From: Octopus sinensis
Lineage: Eukaryota
Direction: 5' to 3'
Assembly (NCBI RefSeq): GCF_006345805.1
Contig: NC_043005.1
Location: 57,288,001 to 57,352,000 of the forward strand
DNA length: 64,000 bases
Part shown: positions 37,205 to 49,826 of the stretch, one piece after another
Layout: each line of letters begins with the position of its first letter
Numbering within the stretch: position 1 is the first letter of the stretch
The notes under the pieces: generated by a model
The model's database searches: none
Seen by the model: only the letters and a program-made list of their open reading frames with translations
What the model was told of the DNA's origin: nothing
Position numbers and translations under genes: made by a program

Positions 37205-37400
37205 ATGTAATCTCGTGTGTACCGTTGGCGATTTTTTTCCCTCTGACTTCCCTTCTCTGGATCTTTCCTTCTATGTTTCCGACGAAGAGCTCCGCTCGAA
37301 ACGTTAAATCCTCCTTCTTTCCTGAGTGTCCAATAATACTATATTTGTTTCACGTCCTTGCGTTGTTGTGGTTTTTGGGGCTTTTTTGTTTGGATTAACT
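37205..37400 (+). mobile_element. Penelope-like pLTR repeat (second family) with hammerhead-like motif at 37275-37309
   Basis: Same layout as 14478-14690: pyrimidine leader, GAAGAGC-loop-GCTCGAAACGT, TTCCTGAG, (TA)n end. Confidence 0.6.
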
Positions 37401-38507
37401 ATATATATATATATATATACACAATGAGTGTGTGAGTGTGTAATCTTGAGGTGAAGGCATGTGACTCAGTGGTTAGGTTATTCAGCTCCTGGTCCTTAGG
37501 TCGTGAGTTCGATTCCTAGCAGTGAATTGTCTCCTTGAGCAAAAATTAGTTGTACCTGTCATTCAAAGGGCCAGCCTTGTCACATTCTGTGTCATGCTGA
37601 ATCTCCCTGAGAACTATGTTAAGGGTATATGAGTCTGTAGAGTGCTCAGCTACATGCATTTTAATTTTATGAGCAGGCTATTCTGTTGATCGGATCAACT
37701 GGACATTCATCAGTTTAACTGATGGGGTGCCAGTCACATAATCTTGAGCACTCTCAGTCTTGCTGAATAGAATGTACTTTACTGATGAGGTCTAATAAGA
37801 CTGAAACACGCCTGTTGTTTTTCCTAAATACCTTTTCTATCTGCATCATTCTTCTCTTTCTAAAAAAAAAATTTCACTTGGTTGATTTCTATTGAAATTA
37901 TATCCTTTACTTATTGCTTTTAGGCTTTTGAACCACTCTGTCCCTTTTCCATCCATCGTCAGACAGATTCTTGTCTACTGATTGCATGGATAATCTTACT
38001 TGATCTAAGTTTTTAAATTCACTTTCACTGCTTATGTGAGCCAAACCCACCCCCACTGCTTCTATTAATTAACAAGATTGCAGGGTGCCAGGAATGTATA
38101 GTTGAAATCTCCTAAGGTATTTGGTTACATACCTTCATGTTCCACTGGGATGTTCACTTGAGCCTTTCATTCACCAATCCATGATCACTATGAATAAATA
38201 GTATGTAACCTAATTCTTATCAAACAACACCAAATTAAAGTACATGCAAGGCCACATTAAATTATGTAGCACTGGAATAATTGATTGAAAATTAAATAGT
38301 CATGGATGGAATGCTTTGTTTATAGCTAGGTCTGATTTAATCAGAACTGACCTGAATCGAAATAGCAATAATTTAACCTTTTATGCTGTCATTTTGTTTT
38401 ACATCAAATATCACACTGGCATCCTTCTGGTGTTAATAAACTAAATACTGTAAATTCTGGATGTAACAGGTCTCACTTTAAAGCATTTCAAATTTAACCA
38501 GACTGAA

Positions 38508-39033
38508 TAATAATAATAATAATAATAATGATAATTCTTTCTTTATTGGCCACCAGGGCTGAACACAAAACATAGAGGACGATACAGAATTGAGGGACAA
38601 TGAGGTTAATGTGTAAACAGCAAAACACAACAATATATAATTCCCCAATAAGGAGTAGATCCATCAAGAGGAGGCTAAAGCAACCTCACCCACTTTGGGC
38701 CCCTAATTTTGGGCACCTCAGGTAGGCACCTCTCTCCTCACTCCATCCAGCCTGCAGGTGCACACTTAGAGGGAGTCTGTTCATATGGGCCATCCTCACT
38801 ATATTCACCCTCCTTTCGACAAACTTACTGGGTGACAGCACCTCCCTCTCCAGTCTTACCTTCCTTTTTAGGTTGAACCTAAAAAAGTCAATGAGGCCTT
38901 GGCCATAGAGGAAGGTACCCATCTTCAACCTTTTCAATTGCGTCCACCATGCAACCTCTTTCATCATAGCCACCAGACAGAAAAACTGCCTTTCCTTCAC
39001 AGTCAAAGGAAAGAGGCAGGGCAATCTTCTCAA
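38508..39033 (-). mobile_element. L1/Tx1-clade LINE 3' end, copy 2
   Basis: FRFNLKRKVRLEREVLSPSKFVERRVNIVRMAHMN is homologous to 24760-24888 (RFMLKIRVEWEVLSSCQYAERWMKVVRMVQMN). AATAAA plus (ATT)n tail. Confidence 0.8.
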
Positions 39034-40051
39034 TTTTGAACAATATATATATATATATTATCTATAAAAGGCAGATTTTCTCTGTGTGTATGTATGTTGA
39101 AAATTCATACATTTACACAATTACAAATTTAGTGGAGGAAAAAATCAGAATAAATATTCTAAATACCATAACTTACATCATAGGGGCATTTTTTTCAGTC
39201 AAAATAACTCCCAATTACGAAATAAATTGATAAAACTACATACATAACCATTTTCCCCTCTAATACAATCTACTTTCCTCTTTCTACTACCATTACAAAT
39301 CCTTTAACCTGCTACTTCCTCTTATGAACGTTTACGAACGATCCAAGAAAAAAGACAGAAAGAAAGGAAGGAGAAAGAGTGAGAGTCAAACAGACAGACA
39401 GACAGACTACCAATCCTATGTAAATACACACATATATCTACACATATATATCCACGTATTTCTTATTCCTAGCTGCAAGCAACAGTGTACTTGACTAAAA
39501 AAAAGATCCTTGCTCCAGAATAATTCTAACCACCCACTGTATTTTCTGGCATACAAGTTGAATTTTTCAAACCTAAATTTGCAGCCCATAAAAAGTTAGA
39601 TCAACTTCTACACCAAGACAACTTTGGAAGACCTAAGAATCCATGTGAAATGCAGCAGGATTTGCAAAAACATGTGGTGTCATGTAAAAGTGTCCATGTG
39701 ATACCACATAAAAACATACATGGGGTGCCACATAAAAGCACCCCATGTGGTACCACATAAAAGTATCCAGCACACTCTGTAAAGCGGTTGGCATTAGGAA
39801 GAGTATCCAGCTGTAGAAACCATGCCAAATCAGACAAGTCTAGTGCAGGAAATCCAGCTTGCCAGTTATGGTCCAACCATCCAACTCATGCTAGCATGGG
39901 CAATGGACATTAAATGATGGTAATGATGATGATGATGATGATGACGACGATGTTTGAATGTTTACACTATATACTAACATTGACATATATGCCAGAAAAT
40001 ATGGTAAACTAAAAACAACCTATCTGACAGTTATCCTTAGTTTTCATTTAA

Positions 40052-40270
40052 CCCTTAAGCATTTAAACCGGATGTGTCTAGCTCAAATATTTTACCTGTT
40101 TTTCATTCAGACTGGCCAGATCTGGCCTTTTGCACTTATGCTACAATGTCATTTTAAAAGTAATCAACCACACCATCAAAATCTTGAAGCTAAGAGATAA
40201 TTCATAATAAATTCAAAACAATGTGAATAAATAAGCATTACATTTATAGAGTAATCTGAACACTAAGAGG
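40052..40270. mobile_element. piggyBac-type MITE family 2 (diverged, inverted relative to 56796-57016)
   Basis: TTAA|CCCTTAAG...CTAAGAGG|TTAA. Shares the internal CTGGCCAGATCTGG. Confidence 0.8.
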
Positions 40271-42019
40271 TTAAGAATTTTTTTTATAAGGCTTTAGAAG
40301 ACACTTGCCCAAAATGCTACACAAGGTGGGATTGAACCCCTGGAAGCTCATAATTTACAGAGCAGACTTTTTAACCACACAGCCACATCTGTAACTGACT
40401 TTAATAAACTTTTAGTTAAACAATTCACTGAGCAAATGTATTCAGAAATGTCTATTTGTTGGCAGACGAAAAATACAGTTCTTTAGAAATTCAATAATTC
40501 AGACGCCATCTATATTAAGATCCAGGCAGGAATGAGTGCTGTAGACTCATGGGGAGGAGGGTAATTAATCTATTAGCATACATTTCCTCTGTGACAGTTT
40601 CAATTTTCAGTTTCAGCTATTTTCTATCAGTTCATTTTTGTTTCCTTCTGCCTGTATAATGCCTGCCGAGAAAGATTCATGACCAGTGTTCAGTCTTACT
40701 TGATTTTGGCTTTCTCTATTACATTCTGTAATTGATACACACACACACACATATTTCTGTCTAAAAGTACAATGTAGTGTCAAAGTCATATTTCTTTTCG
40801 TTACCGAAAGCTATTCCATATGTGTATGTGTGTGCACGGTTGCTTCAGGTTGTATATGGTGTGCATGTATATGTATGTGTGCATATCTGTATGCTAATAT
40901 TTGTGTGTATGTGTATACTCATATTCTTGTGTGTTTTGCTGTTGGTAAGAACAAGGCTTTTTTGAGACAAATTAAAAGTGCTTGACACTTCAGGAAGTAA
41001 TGCGTGTTCTATGTTTTAGCTTAGTTCGTTTGATTTCAATTCTGTGTGTGTGTGTAGGTGTGTATATTATGCGTATATTACGTGTGTGTTTGTATGTTAT
41101 CTATGTATTTATGTGTGTAAAAAAATATTTTTATATATATTATATATGTGTGTGTATATTTGAGTATATATGTTTTTTTTGTACATTAATAGAAAATACT
41201 ACCCAACACAAGTATGACAACATTTTCTTGTTCATAGTTTAATTAGCCGGAGATCCTTTAAAACTGTTGAAAGAAAAGGAATTTGTCTTCAGACTTGTAA
41301 TTTGGCTCAAATTCTTGCACCCGAGCAAACTTCTCTGAAGGTACCTTAGTGCCAGGTGGTGGAGGTGTTAAATCAATGACTAATCTAGTCTTTCCCTCAC
41401 TTCATGTCCCATACCTTCAGGCATCAGTGATCATATCTTAATGCTAAAGTCTGAAGATTCCTGAATTTTCATGAGAAAGATATAGCAGCAGTTTCCCATT
41501 GCATTCTGATTGTTTATCTAAAGTTGACTTTATTGGTCTCTTGTTCTCTCACACTTACCATTGAGGCATAGAGCCTTCTTAACCCCTCAAGCACTGGGAC
41601 TGGTTTTCATGACCACTCATGGATCATGCCTTTGTGGTGCATATTTTGTGGCAGGCCACCTCTGAATTCTGTACACCTTACCCAAGGACCATTTAATGTT
41701 ATCCCCATGACATTTAAATCTATCACTTTAGAACACAGGAGCAAAGCATCAGTCTTCCAGATTTGGTCAACTTGGTGTTCTGTCATCGTGGTATTGAGCC
41801 CAGAACTACATTATTGTGAAGCAAATGTTTTCACAACTTTGTCAAATCTGTGCCTATTTTTATTTATTGAAAGCTGATGATTCTTGCTGTCATCCTCTGA
41901 ATTTCTTACCTGTATGTTTGGCCAGGTAACAAAAAAGTACACAATCCATTTGTATTTCTCTCTCATAGTTCAAATTTACAGAAAAAAAAAAGTCAAGACT
42001 TTTATATATATATATATAT

Positions 42020-42188
42020 AGGGAGAATTCACAAAAAAAACAAAAGATGAAGACAGGTGGTGTAGACAATAAACAGATGTATTAGTATAATGCTTGGGAA
42101 GTGAAAAAATCTTTAATGTTTCGAGCCTACGCTCTTCCACAGAAAGAAACAAGGAGAGTAAATAAAGAATGTGTAGTTGCTATCTATC

Positions 42189-42190
<2 letters not shown>
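42020..42190 (-). mobile_element. Penelope-like pLTR repeat, copy 2 of family at 14478
   Basis: Colinear with 14480-14690; (TA)n on both sides. Confidence 0.7.
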
Positions 42191-42225
<35 letters not shown>

Positions 42226-43210
42226 TCACACACACCAGCGTCGCCTTACTGGCACGTGAACAAAACATACGAGCAAGGTGCCACTGGACTGACTCCTGTG
42301 CAAGTGGCATGTAAAAAACACCATTTCGAGCGTGGCCGTTGCTAGTACTGCCTGACTGGCCCTCGTGCCAGTGGCATGTAAAAGCACCCACTACACTCTT
42401 GGAGTGGTTGGCGTTAGGAAGGGCATCCAGCTGTAGAAACTCTGCCAGATCAGATTGGTGCCTGGCACAGTCAAATCGTCCAACCCATGCTAACATGGAA
42501 AGCAGACGTTAAATGATGATGATATATATGCAGGGGTGGTGGTGATGTAGGTGGTGTATAGTGAAGAAGTTAACTCCACAATCATTCGATAATCAAGGCA
42601 TTATTTTCTTGGAGCAGCACCTTAGGCCAGAGCCATGGGGGTTGAGGGTTCGAATTCTCTCTTGTGTGTGTGTGTGTGTGTGGGGTGGGGGTTATATTGA
42701 GTAGACACAAAACTGCATGGAAGTCCATTGGATGGGCGCTACTTGTAATTGAGGAGGCCATGTTGTTTCTCTACCTGAAGATTTCTACGCTCCCTGTCTA
42801 TGAAATACTCAGCCAATTATTTTCTTATTCAATACTTCAACGCATAGGCAGTGCAGTTGTTCTAATGACTGGGATGCTTATCACTGAAATAGACAGAAAC
42901 TCAATTACTGCTCCGTGTGGGTCTGTGTAGACATAGTGATAAAGGTTTTTTTTTCTCTCTCTCTTTTTTGTATTGTGTAAAAACCCTGTATATGAAACAA
43001 CATGCAAATTGAAATTCACCCTCAGTTTCTCTAGAATGTCACGCCTGCTCCTTTTACATGACTATTATGTAACCTTTAACCCCAAAATAGGCTAGGTATC
43101 CTATGCTAACCCTATCTTAGTCTTTCGACTTACCCACCTCGACTCGACTCGACTCCCTTCACTGTCCCCATCCATGTATTTCTCCCTACTCCACCTGAAA
43201 GCTCGACTTG

Positions 43211-43252
<42 letters not shown>

Positions 43253-43758
43253 GCTACTGCTGCGCTACTGCTACTAACTATAACCATTTTCATTCCTGCT
43301 TGCCAAGCAGAGTGGAAGAAACGTGATTGTATTTAGTGTCTGTTGTCATACGAGAAATATACACATGAGCGAATTATTTTGATTGCTTACTTACATAAAT
43401 ACATACATATATATAATATATATAATATATATATATATATATTATATATATATATATATATTATATATATGTGTGTGTAGATTGCCAAGATTCTGCTGGC
43501 CCACTCAATGAATGGAATCGTTTTGCCTCTGGCTGGATTAAAAAGAAAAAGAAGAAAAATGCTGGTAAATACAGGCATTAGTTAAATGAAGAGGGTGAGA
43601 TGAAATTTACGTATGTTATCCGCATATCTATGTTCTGTGTGTGTGTGTGTGTGTGTGTGTGTATGGGGTGGTGGTGGATTGTATGTATATGCTTTGTACT
43701 TAATGTACCGACTGTAAAAACAAACAAACAAATTAATGAAATTACTACGGTTCTTCCC

Positions 43759-43819
<61 letters not shown>

Positions 43820-44450
43820 AATACTGTGATACTACTATATATTTTCAGCATTTTTCTGTTAGGTATGAAGGTGGTGGTGGTGGTTGAGCCATGGTGTGAA
43901 AATGATGATGATGATGATATGATGTGGTGTAGGAGTGGCAAGGCTTGTTTGATGGTGGTGGTGGTGGTAGTGCATGTTGTGGCCTACTGTCGAGTGATGT
44001 CATGGAATTTTGAAAGTGAATAATAGCAGAATGCTTGAAATTGTTATTCAAAATGTAGTTAGTTATATGCGAAAGAACACTAATAATAGACACTTATATA
44101 GACATCGACACACGTATTCTTGTATTGTGTATGTATGTGTGTGTTTACACACACACACACACACACACGATACAACATGCTCATACGCTTATTGGTTTCA
44201 GCTATCTTATTTGTGCCCATGTTGGGACATCCATGTATTTACATATATACATGCTTTTCATTGTATTGCACTACTGTGTGTGTGTGTGTGTGTGTGTGTG
44301 GTGTAAGCCTGGTGATCACATGTATGTGTCTTTGGATACGTTATCAAATATGTCGTTCCTATAAAATTGCTTCTGCAAATTAGGGTAATATTGGTGGTGG
44401 TGGGGGGAGAGCTTGTTAATGGTGACCAAGTGTACTTATTGCATAGCCTG

Positions 44451-44819
44451 TAGTGGTTCTCAAATGGGGGTCCATATTGGCCCCTAAGGATCCACATAAG
44501 ATTTTTGGAGATCCACTCAGCAAAATAATAAATTAGGGGGATTCGCAATAGTATTTTCAGGACCCCTGAAAAAAAAAAATTTAGTTTAGATGTATGCATT
44601 GGTATGTATTGCAAGAAACAGCTAGGTTTCTTTCTCTAACATTCCACAGAATTCAACCAACACAATTTAATGCGTGAAAAACAAAATAGGCGTTTTGAAA
44701 AGAGATTCTATAAAACTAGTTTTTCAACATCGAATGGTTATAGTAGTGGTGAGGATGCACCAGAATAAAATAGCAATCACAGGGGTCTATGTATAAAAAA
44801 ATTAGATTGATAACCCCTG
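44451..44819. mobile_element. hAT (Charlie-like) MITE
   Basis: Ends TAGTGGTTCTCAA and TTGATAACCCCTG form an imperfect TIR of CAG(T/G)GGTT type. The 8-bp TSD is not preserved. Confidence 0.6.
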
Positions 44820-45765
44820 CTCTCGTTGGTCCTAACTGAGCTGACCTGTAATCAGACATTCTACCTATGACCACCCTAACTGATTCATGTAGTGTATCCT
44901 AGTGAATATTATTCAATGTCTTTTTGTATTTTTTTTTTGTTTTTAAGACTGTAGTGCAAAAATATAAGGGAGATTTGGCTGCTATTTCTAACATATCAAG
45001 TGACTATGTAGAGACCTTCCCCATTGGTTCGCAGTGGCAATGATGATGGGTCTGTGGTGGATTTGTAGACAGTGGTGGTGGTATAGAAAGGATTAAAGTT
45101 GTATAGCTCCAGTTTTGACCTTATTGAACTGTCTACTGACTTACAACTGAAGACATTCTATGTTTGACCATCCCATCTCATTCTCAGACAATATATTGGC
45201 TCTATGTGTTTTGCCATACTTATGTGTTTTCTTCTCTCTTTCCTTAATGATCATGGTAGTTATGGCAATGTTGCAGTCATGAAGTGACTGTCAACAAATC
45301 CACTACATTCTTGGACAATATAGCTTAACATGTGAAATGTAATGCTATCCTAACTTATGGAAAGATATTCATCTGTCACTATAATAAGAAGAGTCAGTAA
45401 TCTCTGTGGAAGATGTGATTAGTGGTTAAACGTAAGACAGCGGTAATCCCATCCATGAATGACTTGACACTTTCGTTGCATTATTTTTAATGAAACACCC
45501 AGACTGTTTAAGTTAGTTTCGAAAATAATTCTTTTACTTGTGTCATCCATAAGACTGTGGCCATGCTGGGGCACTGCCTTGAAGAATTTTAGTCGAACAA
45601 ATCAATCCCATTTTTTTTTTTTTCTTTTGTAAAGCCTGGTACTTTATTCAATTGTTTCTTTTGCTGAACTGCTAAGTTATGGGGACGTAAACACACCAAC
45701 ACTGGTTGTCAGTCATTGTTGGGGATGAATGAATACACAAAGGCACACACACATTGATACATACA

Positions 45766-45806
<41 letters not shown>

Positions 45807-45872
45807 GGTCCCGGGTTGAGTTGGGGTTAACCACAGTAAATAAGGTACTCAATACATAGCAGAGTAAAGTAA

Positions 45873-46027
45873 TTTATTTTATAGGAGCTTCTACAGGACT
45901 AGAACTGTTTCATTCAAATGAAATCTTCAGGAAGCTGACCAGAACTTATTTTGACAGCCAGCTTCCTGAAGATTTCATCTGAATGAAACAGTTCTAGTCC
46001 CGTAGAAGCTCCTTCTATAAAATAAAA
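45873..46027. repeat. long near-perfect inverted repeat (54-bp core arms, 21-nt spacer)
   Basis: 45884-45937 versus the reverse complement of 45959-46012 differ at 2 positions. Pairing extends outward past a 3-nt indel. Confidence 0.95.
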
Positions 46028-46438
46028 TATATATATATATATAAATAAAGGTATACTGGTTGTCCTTGCACTTATCAAAGGTTTTCTTTTGGCCAGTCTT
46101 CTCTGAGTCAAAGGAATGTATGTGAGAGAGATAGTCAGATGTAGGGGTTGCCAAGGAAGTCAATAAAGCTGCAGTGAAAAAAAACTTTAATGTCGGATGA
46201 GGAAGCCCTGTCAAATTCTTGTTGAGGCACATTTTCTATGGCTGGATGCCTTCCCTGTCATCAACATTCACCTGTTTCAAAGCAGGGTAATATTTTTCCC
46301 ATGGCCAGACATGTTCTTACAGAATATTGGAAATGAATGACACTGCTTGTATGACAGTGGCACTCATTTTTACGACTACCAAGTGATAACAAGACAAGGA
46401 GACATACGTGTACACACACACACATGTATGTGTGTCTA

Positions 46439-46486
<48 letters not shown>

Positions 46487-48567
46487 TATATATATATATA
46501 TCTTTTACTTACTTCAGTCACTAGACTGTGGCCATGCTGGGGGCACGCCTTGAATTTTTAGTCAAATGAATTGACCTCAGTACTACTTTTTTTTTTTTAA
46601 TAAGTGGTACTTATTCTATCATCTCTTTTGCTGAGCTGCTATGTTATGGGAACACAAACAAACCAACACCAGTTGTCAAGCAGTAGTGGGGGGGGAACAC
46701 AGACACATGCACATTGATATATATTAATAGCTATCACCAACCTAACATGGCAGTCCAGAAAAATAGGACGAATGCTGCCATTGATTAGCTCCAAGAGGCC
46801 ATCGCCTCTAGCTAGCTATGTGACACACGAACCTGTGTTCATTATAACCTTCAAACAGGGGAGGTCAGCCACTTCCCCTTGCTGGTCTGGCATCTACAGA
46901 CTAGTTTCAGGGTATTTACCCTTTATCAATGTAGAGTATTTTTCTGGACTGCCATGTTAGCTTGGCGATAACTATTAATATCTAGTACCGCTGCCGTAAT
47001 CTCCTTTAGAGGGACTTAGAAATGTAATATTTCTATTATATTGTGTGTATGACAGGCTTCTTTCAGTTTCCAACTACTAAATCCATTCACCAGGCTTTGG
47101 CCAGCCCAAGGCTATAGTGGAAGACACTTGCCCAAAATTCCACACAGTGGGGCTAATCCCAGAGCCATGTGGTTGGGAAGTAAACTTCTTGTAGACAGAT
47201 TTTTTATTTTCTGTTTTGTCAGAGTGTCCATCAAACCCCTATGCCCTACCTTACACCAGGGTGAAATTCTAGTGTAGTGATATCAGCTCAGTTATCAATG
47301 CTCTGACCATTGTTCTTCTGTAAGTTAATCTGGGGTGGGGTAGGGGAGAACATGTTCAGTGGCCATGACTTTTGTAGACCCTCCCAAAATGCTAGGATCA
47401 ATGCAACTAAAAATCCAACCAATGTCCTTCAGAGAAGAAGAAAAATTGTGGGGGAAGGGATGAAGTCTGTTCAAAATTCTTTGGTGAAAAGATCTTCTCT
47501 GGAGGTTGTTGTTTAACCGAGGTCAACTCTGATTGAGTAAACTTATCCTCTGACATTCCAACCATGACCACATGGTTTTCTTGGATTGCCTTGTGAAATG
47601 TGTCCTTCCTTGTTTTTTAACTCCTGGTCAGCCTTGACTTAGCAAACCTGCAGTCAGAGGCTCGTTTGCTATGATCATTCACTCCTTCTGTCAAGTATTG
47701 TGTACCTGGGACTATGTTGTTCAGTGTATCCTTTTTATTTCAAGTCTGTATACTGAGTTGATCTGAAGGAGATTTGGCTCCTATTTTTAGTAGGTCAATG
47801 TTGTTACCATTGAGAGAAGAGAATCTTGTTGATTTTTTTTTTTTTTTTTTTTTTTTTGTAATGACTCACTCAGAGGAGGAAAAATGTTGCTCATGACCAG
47901 TTTAAATGTCCTTGAGACAGGTCAGTGAGAAAGAAGGAATCTTCAGGCTGAACACTTAGCTTGAATGCTGGCCAGAGTAGACCCAACTGAAAGCATGGCG
48001 GGTCAGGGGTGTTGGGAGTGGTATTAAACCTAGCAGCAGATTAACTTCACCCCAGACATTTGTAAAATATCTAACCACACCCAAAGTGGATCTAGAAGGA
48101 AAACATGATCATTATGCTGATCTTAACTTCTTTGGAATGGTTGTGATATTGGCTCTTCTCTTTTTTTTTTTTTTTTATTTAAAAATTGTTCTACTTATTT
48201 ATTTTTCAGCAAATGATTTATGTGTGTATCATGTTGAAATTTTCACTGAGATTGGTGTTTATGAAATGAGATATGTTTCGTGCTCTTTTTTTTTTTTTTT
48301 TTCTCTCCTTCTTTCTTTTCCGTTGCCTACATTTCTCCCATTGAAATTTTAGGAAGTTTTATTGTACTTTACAAAGTTAAAAAATTGTTATAAATTGAGA
48401 GAGTTTAAGTATCAGAGACTGTTGCTTTTACAAATATGTATGTGACTGTGTGGTAAAGAAGCTTCCTGTGTCTTCTACTATAGCCTGGGCTGATCAAAGC
48501 ATTGTGAGTGGATTTGGTACACAGAAAGTGATAAAAGCCCATTGTGTGTGTATAATATATATTAATC

Positions 48568-49170
48568 ATCATCATCCTTTAATGTCTGTTTTCCATGCTG
48601 GCATGGGTTGGACAGTTTGAGCAGAACTGACAAACCAGAGAGCTGCATCAAGTTCCAGTCTGATTTGGCTTGGTTTCTATGGCTGGATGCCCTTCCTAAC
48701 ACCAACCACTTTACAGTGTGTGCTGGATATTTTTACATGGCACCAGCATGGGCACTTTTACATGCTGCTGGCTCAGGAGCATTTACATGTCAGTGGCATG
48801 GGTGCTTTGTGTGGGGCACCAGCACAGGGCTCTTGTAGGCCAATCCTCTTCAGTAGGGGAAGTGGTATTGAAACTTCTGCTGTGGAGGATGGGTCTTCTT
48901 GAGTATGACAAGGTGCTAGATGTCTCGGTCCCTTATCATCTATCATCTCCTCCTTAAGGTCCAATGTCCTGAGATCATTCTTCTGTACTTCGTCCTGTGT
49001 CTTCCAGGGTCTCCCCCACACAAGTTCCATCTACTTTGAGTTATCTGCACTTCTTTATAGAGCTGTCAGCATCCATCCACATCACATGACCAAACCAGCA
49101 CAGTCTTCTATCTTGTACACTGCGTCTAATTCCTCTTATGCCTAACTTTTCTCTCAACACATTAGCACTC
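48568..49170 (-). mobile_element. 5'-truncated RTE LINE (related family) with short 3' UTR and (ATG)n tail
   Basis: LREKLGIRGIRR.VQDRRLCWFGHV...GRPWKTQDEV...DLRTL followed by the family C tail. Confidence 0.85.
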
Positions 49171-49179
49171 TGTTGCACA

Positions 49180-49220
<41 letters not shown>

Positions 49221-49283
49221 TATATATATACCTTACACACATGCATGATGGTAACTGAAAGAAACCTGTTGTATATACATATA

Positions 49284-49315
49284 CTAGCAGACATACCTGG
49301 TGTTGCTCGGGATTT
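49284..49315 (-). mobile_element. Helitron 3' terminus
   Basis: The minus strand reads CCCGAGCAACACCAGGTATGTCTGCTAG|T, matching the 3' ends at 27335-27362 and 55468-55495. Confidence 0.7.
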
Positions 49316-49826
49316 AAATGGCATACTTTGTATATATGTGATACAGAGAAGTGCAGCATTGACAACAAAACATTTGTGGAGTAAATGAATGGCTAATTCA
49401 ACTAAGTGACATGTCATGTGTCTGTTTGGGAGATTCCAGGCCCTAACCTTGTCATGAAAAAGTGGGTGGTGGGAACTATATCTATGTGATAAATTAAGCC
49501 TGTGGGCAAGCTCAATAGTACCATGAGAGAAATCTACACAAGAAAAATTATGAGCTTGAAAGCACACTGTCGTGATATTTCGGTTTGAAATCTATAGTCA
49601 CGACTAAATCTTGGTAGTTATTTACATCATATACTGAGTCCTTCCTTCATTTGTTCTTAAGTCATTAAGAAAACATCATCATTATCATCGTTTTATGTCT
49701 GTTTTCCATAATGGGCTAGGCTGGACAGGTATTAGATCTCTTTTACAGTTTTTCCCTTTTTCTTTCATTATTTATCTCAGTGGCTTCTGTTGTCTGTCTT
49801 ACATCTGTTTGTCTGTCTCATGGTCA

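Noticed and set aside
41550-41700. Perfect donor ATG|GTAAGT on the minus strand at ~41559
   Set aside because: All three frames have stops shortly upstream and no acceptor is evident.
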